Positions 28,790 to 43,749 of a stretch of 64,000 bases of DNA are shown piece by piece. Every line of letters begins with the position of its first letter. Position 1 is the stretch's first letter. A program made the position numbers and the translations under genes. A model generated the notes under the pieces. It searched no databases. It was not told the origin of the DNA and saw only the letters and a list, made by a program, of their open reading frames with translations. This DNA is from Bugula neritina (lineage: Eukaryota; Animalia; Bryozoa). The stretch lies in contig CAXIUT010000183.1 of assembly GCA_964035545.1 (NCBI GenBank), positions 682,001 through 746,000 on the forward strand, in the 5' to 3' direction.

Positions 28790-31700
28790 CAAAGCTAATG
28801 GTTTTGAACAAATAACCCAAAAGTTTAAAAATAAGTAGCTTGCGTATTACTAGCTACAAAAACAGGTCTGAAATTGACTGGTAAAGCAAGCTCTTATTGT
28901 AGAGTTTGCAGATGTGCTCTAAAATAAAACTCAAACTGTATGCTATTACATAAGTATTTGTATGCGAGAGATATAAATGGACATTACTGAGTTTCTGGAA
29001 AACAACATACTTGAAGTTAACTTTGACAATGGTGTTTTCTTTTCATCATAGCTAGCCTATAGCATAAATCTCTAATCATATGAATCTTTATGAAGCCCAC
29101 AGCTCATGTAAGGGTGGCAATGTAATTTGAAACGAACAATTATGTTGCTGCATTGTGTCTAAGGTATATTAGAGAGCAGAATTTGGTTTTACTAGCCTAC
29201 CCCAACGGCATTCTACAATGCAGCTTATAAGCTGGCAGTTGTAATAAGTACAGCCGATAGCAAGGTTACTATCACTGCTAGCTCTGTGCAGTATGTAACC
29301 TCTTGAATTATTGCACCAATTTTAAACTCTTGGAAGTTGGCCAAGTTATCATATCGCAGCCAGCCACCGGAGACAAAGCTTCAGAGCTATTCATATAATA
29401 TTATACTGATGCACTTGGTAGCAGAGTGGCTAATCTAATATAGTTCATAGTTCAACACCCTTTACTTTGGGAATACAGCCTCTTTTTTTAGGTTTACCTT
29501 ACAAAGCATGAACATATCTAAACTGATATTCTGATAATTTAGAGGTACATTTTGAAAACTAGGTTAATTGCACTTGTTTGCACAACAACAATAATAAAAT
29601 AGATATTATGCAGTATAATAAAAACACACATAATACTATATAATATATTATAATGATAATAATATAATATTATAAGTACCATTACTGCATTTTATAAATC
29701 ACGTGGTTGCCAAAAAAATGTATCACAAATTTTGTAATTATACATCAAAAATAGAACTATAGCTAGGCAGCAGGTTAGAATAGAGTAAATTTTTAAAACA
29801 TGAAATCATGATTTGACTATTGTTTTATTTAGGCCAACCAACCTAGGAATACAAGATTGGGTTTTAGCTGACAGTTTATAACATTTAGCTTTTGAGCCAG
29901 CAGCACTGGCACTTATGAAGTATAGGCAAAGTTAGTGAAGCGAGACTAACAAGCACTCAAATACAAGGCATATTGAGACACAATAACAAGTCAGGAGCGT
30001 ATAAATTGAAAAGAATGTGGAAGGGGGACTATGTTTTTCAACAAGCTATAACTTAAACATGAATTGGCTTTTGAAAAAAATAAAAAAGTATATTGGAGAA
30101 CATAAGTTTCTTTATCTTTTCATATTTTTTTTGTTCCTGTGACATTCAACCTGTTCGAGCTATCAGTGGAACATTGTTCATATAGAACATAAAGCACCTG
30201 GCAAAGAGCCAGAAAATGAAAAGTGTGACCTTAAACTAACTGTGACATGCTGAAATACACTGTAACATATTGAAATACACTGCAACACATTGAAATATAC
30301 TGCAACATACCGCAATATATGGTAAACTACTGAAATATACTGTAACACATTGAAAAATACTGCATCATACTGAAATATACTGCGACACAATGCAATATTC
30401 TGTAACATACTGAGATATGCTGTAGCACACTGAAATACACTACAACTCACTGAAACATACTGCAACATACTGAAATACACTGTAACATCCTACAACATAC
30501 TGAAATACACAGTAACATATTGAAATACACTGCAACACATTGAAATATACTGCAACATACCTAAATATACGGTAATATACTGAAATATACTGTAACACAT
30601 TGAAAAATACTGCAAGATACTGAAATATACTGTGACACATTGCAATATACTGTAACATACTGAAATATGGTCAAGCACACTGAAATACACTGCACCTCAC
30701 TGAAATATACTGCAACATACTGAAATACACTGCAACATCCTACAACATACTGAAATACACTGCAACATATTGAAAGACACTGCAAGACAATGAAATATAC
30801 TGCAACATACCAAAATACATGGTAAACTACTGAAATATATTTTAACACATTGAAAAATACTGCAACATACTGAAATATACTGTAACACACTGAAATATAC
30901 TGCAACATACTGAAATACACTGCAACATAATGAAAGACACTGCAAGACAATGAAATATACTGCAACATACTGAAATATACCATAAAACACTGAAATATAC
31001 TGCAACATACTGAAATACACTGCTACATACTGAAATATACGGCAACATACTGCAACATACTGAAATACACTGTAACATACTGAAATACACTGTAACAAAC
31101 TACAACATATTGAAATACACTGCAACACATTGAAATATACTGCAACATACCTAAATTTACGGTAATATAGCGGAAAAAAACTGTAACAGATTGAAAAATT
31201 CTGCAACATACTGAAATATACTGCGACACATTGCAATATACGGTAACATACTGAAATATGCTCTAGCACACTGAAATACACTGCAACCCACTGAAATATA
31301 CTGCAACATACGGAAATACACTGCAACACATTGAAATACACTGCAACATACCAATATAAATGGTAAACTACTGAAATATACTTTAACACATTGAAAAATA
31401 CTGCAACATACTGAAATATACTGTAACACACTGAAATATACTGCAACATACTGAAATACACTGTAACATACTGAAATACACTGCTACATACTGAAATATA
31501 ACTCAACATACTGCAACGTACTGAAATACACTGTAACGTATTGAAATACACTGCAACATACCACAAAATATTGAATTACACTGCAACACATTGAAATATA
31601 CTCCAATATACCTAAATATACGGTAATATACCGAAAAACACTGTAACGCATCGAAAAATACTGCAACATACAGAAATACACTGCAACACTATAATCCACT

Positions 31701-32660
31701 GCACAATACTACAACATACTGAAATACACTGTCACATATTGAAATACACTGCAACACATTGAAATATACTGCGACACATTGCAATATACTGTAACATACT
31801 GAAACATGCTGTAGCACACTGAAGTAGACTGCAGCTCACTGAATTATACTGCAACATACTGAAATTCACTGCAGCCTCCTACAACATGCTGAAATACACT
31901 GTAACATATTGAAATACACTGCAACACATTGAAATATACTGCAACATACCGCAATATATGGTAAACTACTGAAATATACTGTAACACATTGAAAAATACT
32001 GCATCATACTGAAATATACTGCGACACAATGCAATATTCTGTAACATACTGAGATATGCTGTAGCACACTGAAATACACTACAACTCACTGAAACATACT
32101 GCAACATACTGAAATACACTGTAACATCCTACAACATACTGAAATACACAGTAACATTTTGAAATACACTGCAACACATTGAAATATACTGCAACATACC
32201 TAAATATACGGTAATATACTGAAATATACTTTAACACATTGAAAAATACTGCAACATACTGAAATATACTGTAACACACTGAAATATACTGCAACATAAT
32301 GAAATACACTGTAACATACTGAAATAAACTGCAACATACTGAAATACACTGCTACATACTGAAATATAACTCAACATACTGCAACGTACTGAAATACACT
32401 GTAACATATTGAAATACACTGCAGCATACTACAAAATATTGAATTACACTGCAACACATTGAAATATACTCCAATATACCTAAATATACGGTAATATACC
32501 GAAAAACACTGTAACGCATCGAAAAATACTGCAACATACAGAAATACACTGCAACACTATAATACACTGCACAATACTACAACATACTGAAACACACTGT
32601 CACATATTGAAATACACTGCAACACATTGAAATATACTGCGACACATTGCAAAATACTGT

Positions 32661-35600
32661 AACATACTGAAACATGCTGTAGCACACTGAAATAGACTGC
32701 AGCTCACTGAAATATACTGCAACATACTGAAATTCACTGCAGCCTCCTACAACATGCTGAAATACACTGTAACATATTGAAATACACTGCAACACATTGA
32801 AATATACTGCAACATACCGCAATATATGGTAAACTACTGAAATATACTGTAACACATTGAAAAATACTGCATCATACTGAAATATACTGCGACACAATGC
32901 AATATTCTGTAACATACTGAGATATGCTGTAGCACACTGAAATACACTACAACTCACTGAAACATACTGCAACATACTGAAATACACTGTAACATCCTAC
33001 AACATACTGAAATACACAGTAACATATTGAAATACACTGCAACACATTGAAATATACTGCAACATACCTAAATATACGGTAATATACTGAAATATACTGT
33101 AACACATTGAAAAATACTGCAAGATACTGAAATATACTGTGACACATTGTAATATACTGTAACATACTGAAATATGCTCAAGCACACTGAAATACACTGC
33201 ACCTCACTGAAATATACTGCAACATACTGAAATACACTGCAACATCCTACAACATACTGAAATACACTGCAACATATTGAAAGACACTGCAAGACAATGA
33301 AATATACTGCAACATACCAAAATACATGGTAAACCACTGAAATATATTTTAACACATTGAAAAATACTGCAACATACTGAAATTTACTGTAACACACTGA
33401 AATATACTGCAACATACTGAAATACACTGCTACATACTGAAATATACTGCAACATACTGCAACATACTGAAATACACTGTAACATACTGAAATACACTGC
33501 AACAAACTACAAGATATTGAAATACACTGCAACACATTGAAATATACTGCAACATACCTAAATATACGGTAATAAAGCGGAAAAAAAACTGTAACAGATT
33601 GAAAAATTCTGCAACATACTGAAATATACTGCGACACATTGCAATATACTGTAACATACTGAAATATGCTCTAGCACACTGAAATACACTGCAACATACC
33701 ATAATAAATGGTAAACTACTGAAATATACTTCAACACATTGAAAAATACTGCAACATACTGAAATATACTGTAACACACTGAAATATACTGCACCATACT
33801 GAAATACACTGTAACATACTGAAATAAACTGCAACATACTGAAATACACTGCAACATCCTACAACATACTGAAATACACTGTCACATATTGAAACATACC
33901 GCAACATACTGCAACATACTGAAATACACTGTAACATACTGAAATACACTGCAAAATACTACAACATATTGAAATACACTGCAACACATTGAAATATACT
34001 GCAACATACCTAAATATACGGTAGTATACTGAAATACACTGCAACCCACTGAAATACATCGCAAACACTACAACATACTGAAATACACTGTAACATATTG
34101 AAATACACTGCAACATATTGAAATACACTGCAACCTACAGAAATATATGGTAAACTACTGAAATATACTGTAACACATTGAAAAATACTGAAACATACTG
34201 AAATATACTGCAACACATCGCAATATTCTGTAACATACTGAAATATGCTGTAGCACACTGAAATACACTGCAACTCACTGAAATATACTGCAATATACTG
34301 AAATACACTGCAACATCCTACAACATACTGAAATACACTGCAACATACTGAAACACACTGTAACATATTGAAATATACCACAACATACTGCAACATACTG
34401 AAATACACTGTAACATACCGAAATACACTGCAAAATACTACAACATATTGAAATACACTGCAACACATTGAAATATACTGCAACATACCCAAATATACGG
34501 TAATATACTGAAATATACTGTAACACCTTGAAAAATACTGCAACATACTGAATTATACTGCAAGATACTGCAACATACTGAAATACACTGTAACATACTG
34601 AAACACACTGCAACATACTGCATTATACTGACATACACTGGAACATATTGAAATACACTGCAACATCCTACAACATGCTGAAATACACTGTAACATATTG
34701 AAATACACTACAACACATTGAAATACACTGCAACAAACCGAAATACATGGTAAACTACTGAAATATACTGTAACACATTGAAAAATACTGCAACATACTG
34801 AAATATACTGCGACACATTGCAATATACTGTAACATACTGAAATATGCTCTAGCACACTGAAATACACTGCAACTCACTGAAACATACTGGAACATATTG
34901 AAATACACTGCAACACATTGAAAGTTACTGCATCATACCAAAATATATGGTAAACTACGGAAATATACTTTAACACATTGAAAAATACTGCAACATACTG
35001 AAATATACTGTAACACACTGAAATATACTGCAACATACTGAAATACACTGTAACATACTGAAATAAACTGCAACATACTGAAGTACACTAGAACATCCTA
35101 CAACATACTGAAATACACTGTTACATATTGAAATACACTGCAACACATCGAATTATACTGCATTGTACCAAAATATACGGTAATATACTGAAATATACTG
35201 TAACACATTGAAAAATACTGCAACATACTGAAACACACTGCAACACACTGAAATACTTCGCAAAATACTACAACTTACTGAAATACACGGTAACATATTG
35301 AAACACACTGCAACACATTGAAATATACTGCAACGTACCGAAGTATATGGTAAACTATTGAATTATACTGTAACACATTGAAAATTACTGAAAAACACTG
35401 AAATATACTCTGACACATTGCAATATACTGCAACATACTGAATTACACTATAACATACTGAAATACACTGCAAAATACTCCAACATATTGAATTACACTG
35501 CAACACATTGAAATATACTGCAACATACCTAAATATCCGGTAATATACTGAAATACACTGTAACACATTGAAAAATACTGCAACATACTGAAATACACTG

Positions 35601-38600
35601 CAACCCACTGAAATACATCGCAAAACACTACAACATACTGAAATACACTGTAACATATTGAAATACACTGCAACACATTGAAATATACTGCAACCTACAG
35701 AAATATATGGTAAACTACTGAAATATACTGTAACACATTGAAAAATACTGCAACACACTGAAATATACTGCGACACATTGCAATATACTGTAACATACTG
35801 AGATATGCTGTAGCACACTGAAATACACTACAACTCACTGAAATATACTGCAACATACTGAATTACACTGCAACATCCTACAACATACTGAAATACACAG
35901 TAACATATTGAAATACACTGCAACACATTGAAATATACTGCAACATACCTAAATATACGGTAATATACTGAAATATACTGCAACACATTGAAAAATACTG
36001 CAAGATACTGAAATATACTGTGACACATTGCAATATACTGTAACATACTGAAATCTGCTGTAGCACACTGAAATACACTGCAACTCACTGAAATATACTG
36101 CAATAGACTGAAATACACTGCAACATCGTACAACATGCTGAAATACACTTCAACATATTGAACTCCACTGCAACGCATTGAAATATACTGCAACATACCG
36201 AAATATATGGTAAACTACTGAAATTTACTGTAACACATTGAAAAATACTGCAACATACTGAAATATACTGCGACACATTGCAATATACTGTAAAATACTG
36301 AAATATGCTCTCGCACACTGAAATACACTGCAACTCACTGAAATATACTGGAACATACTGAAATACACTGCAACACATTGAAATTTACTGCAACATACCA
36401 AAATATATGGTAAACTACTGAAATATACTTTAACACATTGAAAAATACTGCAACATACTGAAATATACTGTGACACACTGAAATATACTGCAACATACTG
36501 AAATACACTGTAACATACTGAAATAAACTGCAACATACTGAAGTACACTAGAACATCCTACAACATACTGAAATACACTGTTACATAATGAAATACACTG
36601 CAACACATCGAATTATACTGCATTGTACTTAAATATACGGTAATATACTGAAATATACTGTAACACATTGAAAAATACTGCAACATACTGAAATACACTG
36701 CAACACACTGAAATACTTCGCAAAATACTACAACTTACTGAAATACACTGCAACACATTGAAATATACTGCAACCTACGGAAATATATGGTAAACTACTG
36801 AAATATACTGTAACACATTGCAAAATACTGCAAGATACTGAAATATACTGCGACACATTGCAATATACTGTAACATACTGAAATATGCTGTAGCACACTG
36901 AAATACACTGCAACTCACTGAAATATACTGCAATACACTGAAATGCACTGCAACATCCTACAACATACTGAAATACACTGCAACATAATGAAATACACTG
37001 CAACACATTGAAATATACTGCAACATACCGAAATATATGGTAAATTACTGAAATATACTGTAACACATTGAAAGATACTGAAACATACTGAAATATACTG
37101 CGGCACATTGCAATATACTGTAACATACTGAAATATCCTGTAGCACACTGAAATACACTGCAACTCACTGAAATATACTGCAATATACTGAAATACACTG
37201 CAACATCCTACAACATACTGAAATACACTGCAACATATTGAAATACACTGTAACATATTGAAACATACTGCAACATACTGCAACATATTGAAATACACTG
37301 CAACATACTGAAATACACTGCTACATACTGAAATATAATTCAACATACTGCAACGTACTGAAATACACTGTAACATATTGAAATACACTGCAACATACTA
37401 CAAAATATTGAAATACACTGCAACACATTGAAATATACTCCAATATACCTAAATATGCGGTAATATACCGAAAAACACTGTAACGCATTGAAAAATACTG
37501 CAACATACAGAAATACACTGTAACATATTGAAATACATTGCAACACATTGAAATATACTGCAACCTTCAGAAACATATGGTAAACTACTGAAATATACTG
37601 TAACACATTGAAAAATACTGCAACACACTGAAATATACTGCGACACATTGCAATATACTGTAACATACTGAAATATGCTGTAGCACACTGAAATACACTA
37701 CAACTCACTGAAATATACTGCAACATACTGAAATACACTGCAACATCGTACAACATGCTGAAATACACTTCAACATATTGAACTACACTGCAACACATTG
37801 AAATATACTGCAACATACCGAAATATATGGTAAACTACTGAAATATACTGTAACAAATTGAAAAATACTGCAACATACTGAAATATACTGCGACACATTG
37901 CAATATACTGTAACATACTGAAATATGCTCTAGCACACTGAAATACACTGCAACTCACTGAAATATACTGGAACATATTGAAACACACTGCAACACATTG
38001 AAATATACTGCAACATACCAAAATATATGGTAAACTACTGAAATATACTTTAACACATTGAAAAATACTGCAACATGCTGAAATATACTGTAACACACTG
38101 AAATATACTGCAACACACTGAAATACACTGTAACATACTGAAATAAACTGCAACATACTGAAGTACACTAGAACATCCTACAACATACTGAAATACACTG
38201 TTACATAATGAAATACACTGCAACACATCGAATTATACTGCATTGTACCTAAATATACGGTAATATACTGAAATATACTGTAACACATTGAAAAATACTG
38301 CAACATACTGAAATACACTGCAACACACTGAAATACTTCGCAAAATACTACAACTTACTGAAATACACTGCAACACATTGAAATATACTGCAACCTACGG
38401 AAATATATGGTAAACTACTGAAATATACTGTAACACATTGAAAAATACTGCAACATACTGAAATATACTCTGACACAATGCAATATTCTGGTACAAACTG
38501 AGATATGCCGTAGCACACTGATATACACTGCAACTCACTGAAATATACTGCAACATACTGAAATACACTGTAACGTCCTACAACATACTGAAATACATAG

Positions 38601-41600
38601 TAAGATATTGAAATACACTGCAACACATTGAAATATACTGCAACATACTGAAATACACTGCAACATCCTACAACATACTGAAATACACTGCAACATATTG
38701 AAAGACACTGCAAGACATTAAAATATACTTCAACATACCAAAATACATGGTAAACTACTGAAATATACTTTAACACATTGAAAAATACTGTAACATACTG
38801 AAATATACTGTAACACACTGAAATATACTGCAACATACTGAAATACACTGCTACATACTGAAATATACTGCAACATACTGCAACATACTGAAATACACTG
38901 TAACATACTGAAATACACTGCAACAAACTGCAACATATTGAAATCCACTGCAACCTATTGAAATATACTGCAACATACCCAAATATACGGTAATATACTG
39001 AAATATACTGTAACACCTTGAAAAATACTGCAACATACTGAATTATACTGCAAGATACTGCAACATACTGAAATACACTGTAACATACTGAAACACACTG
39101 CAACATACTGCATTATACTGACATACACTGGAACATATTGAAATACACTGCAACATCCTACAACATGCTGAAATACACTGTAACATATTGAAATACACTA
39201 CAACACATTGAAATACACTGCAACAAACCGAAATACATGGTAAACTACTGAAATATACTGTAACACATTGAAAAATACTGCAACATACTGAAATATACTG
39301 CGACACATTGCAATATACTGTAACATACTGAAATATACTGCAACATACTGAAATACACTGTAACATACTGAAATAAACTGCAACATACTGAAATACACTG
39401 CTACATACTGAAATATAACTCAACATACTGCAACGTACTGAAATACACTGTAACATATTGAAATACACTGCAACATACTACAAAATATTGAAATACACTG
39501 CAACACATTGAAATATACTCCAATATACCTAAATATACGGTAATATATCGAAAAACACTGTAAAGCATTGAAAAATACTGCAACATACAGAAATACAATG
39601 CAACACTATAATACACTGCACAATACTACAACATACTGAAATACACTGTCACATGTTGAAATACACTGCAACACATTGAAATATACTGCAACATACCGAA
39701 ATATATGGTAAACGATTGAAATATACTGTAACACATTGAAAAAAACTGCAACATACTGAAATACACTACAACCCACTGAAATATATTGCAAAATACTACA
39801 ACATACTGAAATACACTGTAACATATTGAAATACACTGCAACACATTGAAATATACTGCAACATACGGAAATATATGGTTAACTACTGAAATATACTGTA
39901 ACACATTGAAAAATACTGCAACATACTGAAATATACTCTGACACAATGCAATATTCTGTTACATACTGAGATATGCCGTAGCACACTGAAATACACTGCA
40001 ACTCACTGAAATATACTGCAACATACTGAAATACACTGTAACATCCTACAACATACTGAAATACATAGTAACATATTGAAATACACTGCAACACATTGAA
40101 ATATACTGCAACATACCTAAATATACGGTAATATACTGAAATATACTGTAACACATTGCAAAAATACTGCAAGATACTGAAATATACTGCGACACATTGC
40201 AATATACTGTAACATACTGAAATATCCTGTAGCACACTGAAATACACTGCAACTCACTGAAATATACTGCAGTATACTGAAATACACTGCAACATCCTAC
40301 AACATACTGAAATACACTGCAACATATTGAAATACACTGTAACATATTGAAACATACTGCAACATACTGCAACATATTGAAATACACTGCAACATACTGA
40401 AATACACTGCTACATACTGAAATATAATTCAACATACTGCAACGCACTGAAATACACTGTAACATATTGAAATACACTGCAACATACTACAAAATATTGA
40501 AATACACTGCAACACATTGAAATATACTCCAATATACCTAAATATACGGTAATATACCGAAAAACACTGTAACGCATTGAAAAACACTGCAACATACAGA
40601 AATACACTGTAACATATTGAAATACACTGCAACACATTGAAATTTACTGCAACCTACAGAAATATATGGTAAACTACTGAAATATACTGTAACACATTGA
40701 AAAATACTGCAACACACTGAAATATACTGCGACACATTGCAATATACTGTAACATACTGAGATATGCTGTAGCACACTGAAATACACTACAACTCACTGA
40801 AATATACTGCAACATACTGAAATACACTGCAACATCCTACAACATACTGAAATACACTGTCACATATTGAAATACACTGCAACACATTGAATTATACCGC
40901 AACATACCGAAATATATGGTAAACTATTGAAATATACTGTAACACATTGAAAAATACTGAAACATACTGAAATATTCTGCGACACATTGCAATATACTGT
41001 AACATACTGAAATATGCTGTAGCACACTGAAATACACTGCAACTCACCGAAATATATTGCAACATACTGAAATACACAGTAACATATTGAAACATACTGC
41101 AACATACTGCAACATAGTGAAATACACTGTAACATACTGAAAGACACTGCAAAATACTACAACATACTGAAATACACTGCAACCCACTGAAATACATCGC
41201 AAAACACTACAACATACTGAAATACACTGTAACATATTGAAATACACTGCAACACATTGAAATATACTGCAACCTACAGAAATATATGGTAAACTACTGA
41301 AATATACTGTAACACATTGAAAAATACTGCAACACACTGAAATATACTGAGACACATTGCAATATACTGTAACATACTGAGATATGCTGTAGCACACTGA
41401 AGTACACTACAACTCACTGAAATATACTGCAACATACTGAATTACACTGCAACATCCTACAACATACTGAAATACACAGTAACATATTGAAATACACTGC
41501 AACACATTGAAATATACTGCAACATACCTAAATATACGGTAATATACTGAAATATACTGCAACACATTGAAAAATACTGCAAGATACTGAAATATACTGT

Positions 41601-42079
41601 GACACATTGCAATATACTGTAACATACTGAAATCTGCTGTAGCACACTGAAATACACTGCAACTCACTGAAATATACTGGAACATACTGAAATACACTGC
41701 AACACATTGAAATTTACTGCAACATACTAAAATACATGGTAAACTACTGAAATATACTTTAACACATTGAAAAATACTGCAACATACTGAAATATACTGT
41801 AACACACTGAAATATACTGCAACATACTGAAATACACTGTAACATACTGAAATAAACTGCAACATACTGAAGTACACTACAACGTCCTACAACATACTGA
41901 AATACACTGTTACATAATGAAATACACTGCAACACATCGAATTATACTGCATTGTACCTAAATATACGGTAATATACTGAAATATACTGTAACACCTTGA
42001 AAAATACTGCAACATACTGAAATACACTGCAACACACTGAAATACTTCGCAAAATACTACAACTTACTGAAATACACTG
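32661..42079. repeat. ~9.4-kb satellite segment duplicated at 46981-56039
   Basis: Offset is 14,320 for 32661-35070 and 13,960 for 35431-42079 (for example ORFs 36728/50688, 38348/52308, 41407/55367). Rare markers such as GTACAAACTG, CAACCTTCAG and AAATCCACTG recur at exactly this offset. Confidence 0.9.
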
Positions 42080-43749
42080 TCACATATTGAAATACACTGC
42101 AACACATTGAAATATACTGCGACACATTGCAATATACTGTAACATACTGAAACATGCTGTAGCACACTGAAGTAGACTGCAGCTCACTGAATTATACTGC
42201 AACATACTGAAATTCACTGCAGCCTCCTACAACATGCTGAAATACACTGTAACATATTGAAATACACTGCAACACATTGAAATATACTGCAACATACCGC
42301 AATATATGGTAAACTACTGAAATATACTGTAACACGTTGAAAAATACTGCATCATACTAAAATATACTGCAACACAATGCAATATTCTGTAACATACTGA
42401 GATATGCTGTAGCACACTGAAATACACTACAACTCACTGAAACATACTGCAACATACTGAAATACACTGTAACATCCTACAACATACTGAAATACACAGT
42501 AACATATTGAAATACACTGCATTACATTGAAATATACTGCAACATACCTAAATATACGGTAATATACTGAAATATACTGTAACACATTGAAAAATACTGC
42601 AAGATACTGAAATATACTGTGACACATTGCAATATACTGTAACATACTGAAATATGCTCAAGCACACTGAAATACACTGCACCTCACTGAAATATACTGC
42701 AACATACTGAAATACACTGCAACATATTGAAAGACACTGCAAGACAATGAAATATACTGCAACATACCAAAATACATGGTAAACTACTGAAATATATTTT
42801 AACACATTGAAAAATACTGCAACACACTGAAATATACTGCAACATACTGAAATACACTGCAACATAATGAAAGACACTGCAAGACAATGAAATATACTGC
42901 AACATACTGAAATATACCATAAAACACTGAAATATACTGCAACATACTGAAATACACTGCTACATACTGAAATATACGGCAACATACTGCAACATACTGA
43001 AATACACTGTAACATACTGAAATACACTGTAACAAACTACAACATATTGAAATGCACTGCAACACATTGAAATATACTGCAACATACCTAAATTTACGGT
43101 AATATAGCGGAAAAAAACTGTAACAGATTGAAAAATTCTGCAACATACTGAAATATACTGCGACACATTGCAATATACGGTAACATACTGAAATATGCTC
43201 TAGCACACTGAAATACACTGCAACTCACTGAAATATACTGCAACATATTGAAATACACTGCAACACATTGAAATATACCGCAACATACCAAAATATATGG
43301 TAAACTACTGAAATATACTTTAACACATTGAAAAATACTGCAACATACTGAAATATACTGTAACACACTGAAATATACTGCAACATAATGAAATACACTG
43401 TAACATACTGAAATAAACTGCAACATACTGAAATACACTGCTACATACTGAAATATAACTCAACATACTGCAACGTACTGAAATACACTGTAACATATTG
43501 AAATACACTGCAGCATACTACAAAATATTGAATTACACTGCAACACATTGAAATATACTCCAATATACCTAAATATACGGTAATATACCGAAAAACACTG
43601 TAACGCATCGAAAAATACTGCAACATACAGAAATACACTGCAACACTATAATACACTGCACAATACTACAACATACTGAAACACACTGTCACATATTGAA
43701 ATACACTGCAACACATTGAAATATACTGCGACACATTGCAAAATACTGT

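Larger units (their letters stand above)
27682..30244. mobile_element. Non-autonomous TIR DNA transposon, copy 2 (2,563 bp), same family and orientation as copy 1
   Basis: Perfect 19-bp TIR CACAGTTAGTTTAAGGTCA (27682-27700) / TGACCTTAAACTAACTGTG (30226-30244). AC duplication at 27680-27681 and 30245-30246. Empty site GCCTCCTACA-AC-ATGCTG at 25331-25348 in the preceding HOR unit. Subterminal 14-bp inverted block at 27754-27767 / 30151-30164. Colinear with copy 1 over its whole length. Confidence 0.94.
23270..31460. repeat. 2,339-bp higher-order repeat (about 2.4 units), second unit interrupted by transposon copy 2
   Basis: ORF-track pairs 23318/25657, 24140/26479, 24475/26814 and 24941/27280 all differ by 2,339. 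Pairs spanning the insertion (25536/30440, 25657/30561) differ by 4,904 (= 2,339 + 2,565). Boundaries are approximate. Confidence 0.88.

Noticed and set aside
19511-30244. The two 2.5-kb copies as LTRs of a retroelement, or as one segmental duplication
   Set aside because: Each copy has its own TIRs and its own TSD, the flanks differ, the termini are CA...TG rather than TG...CA, and only satellite lies between them.
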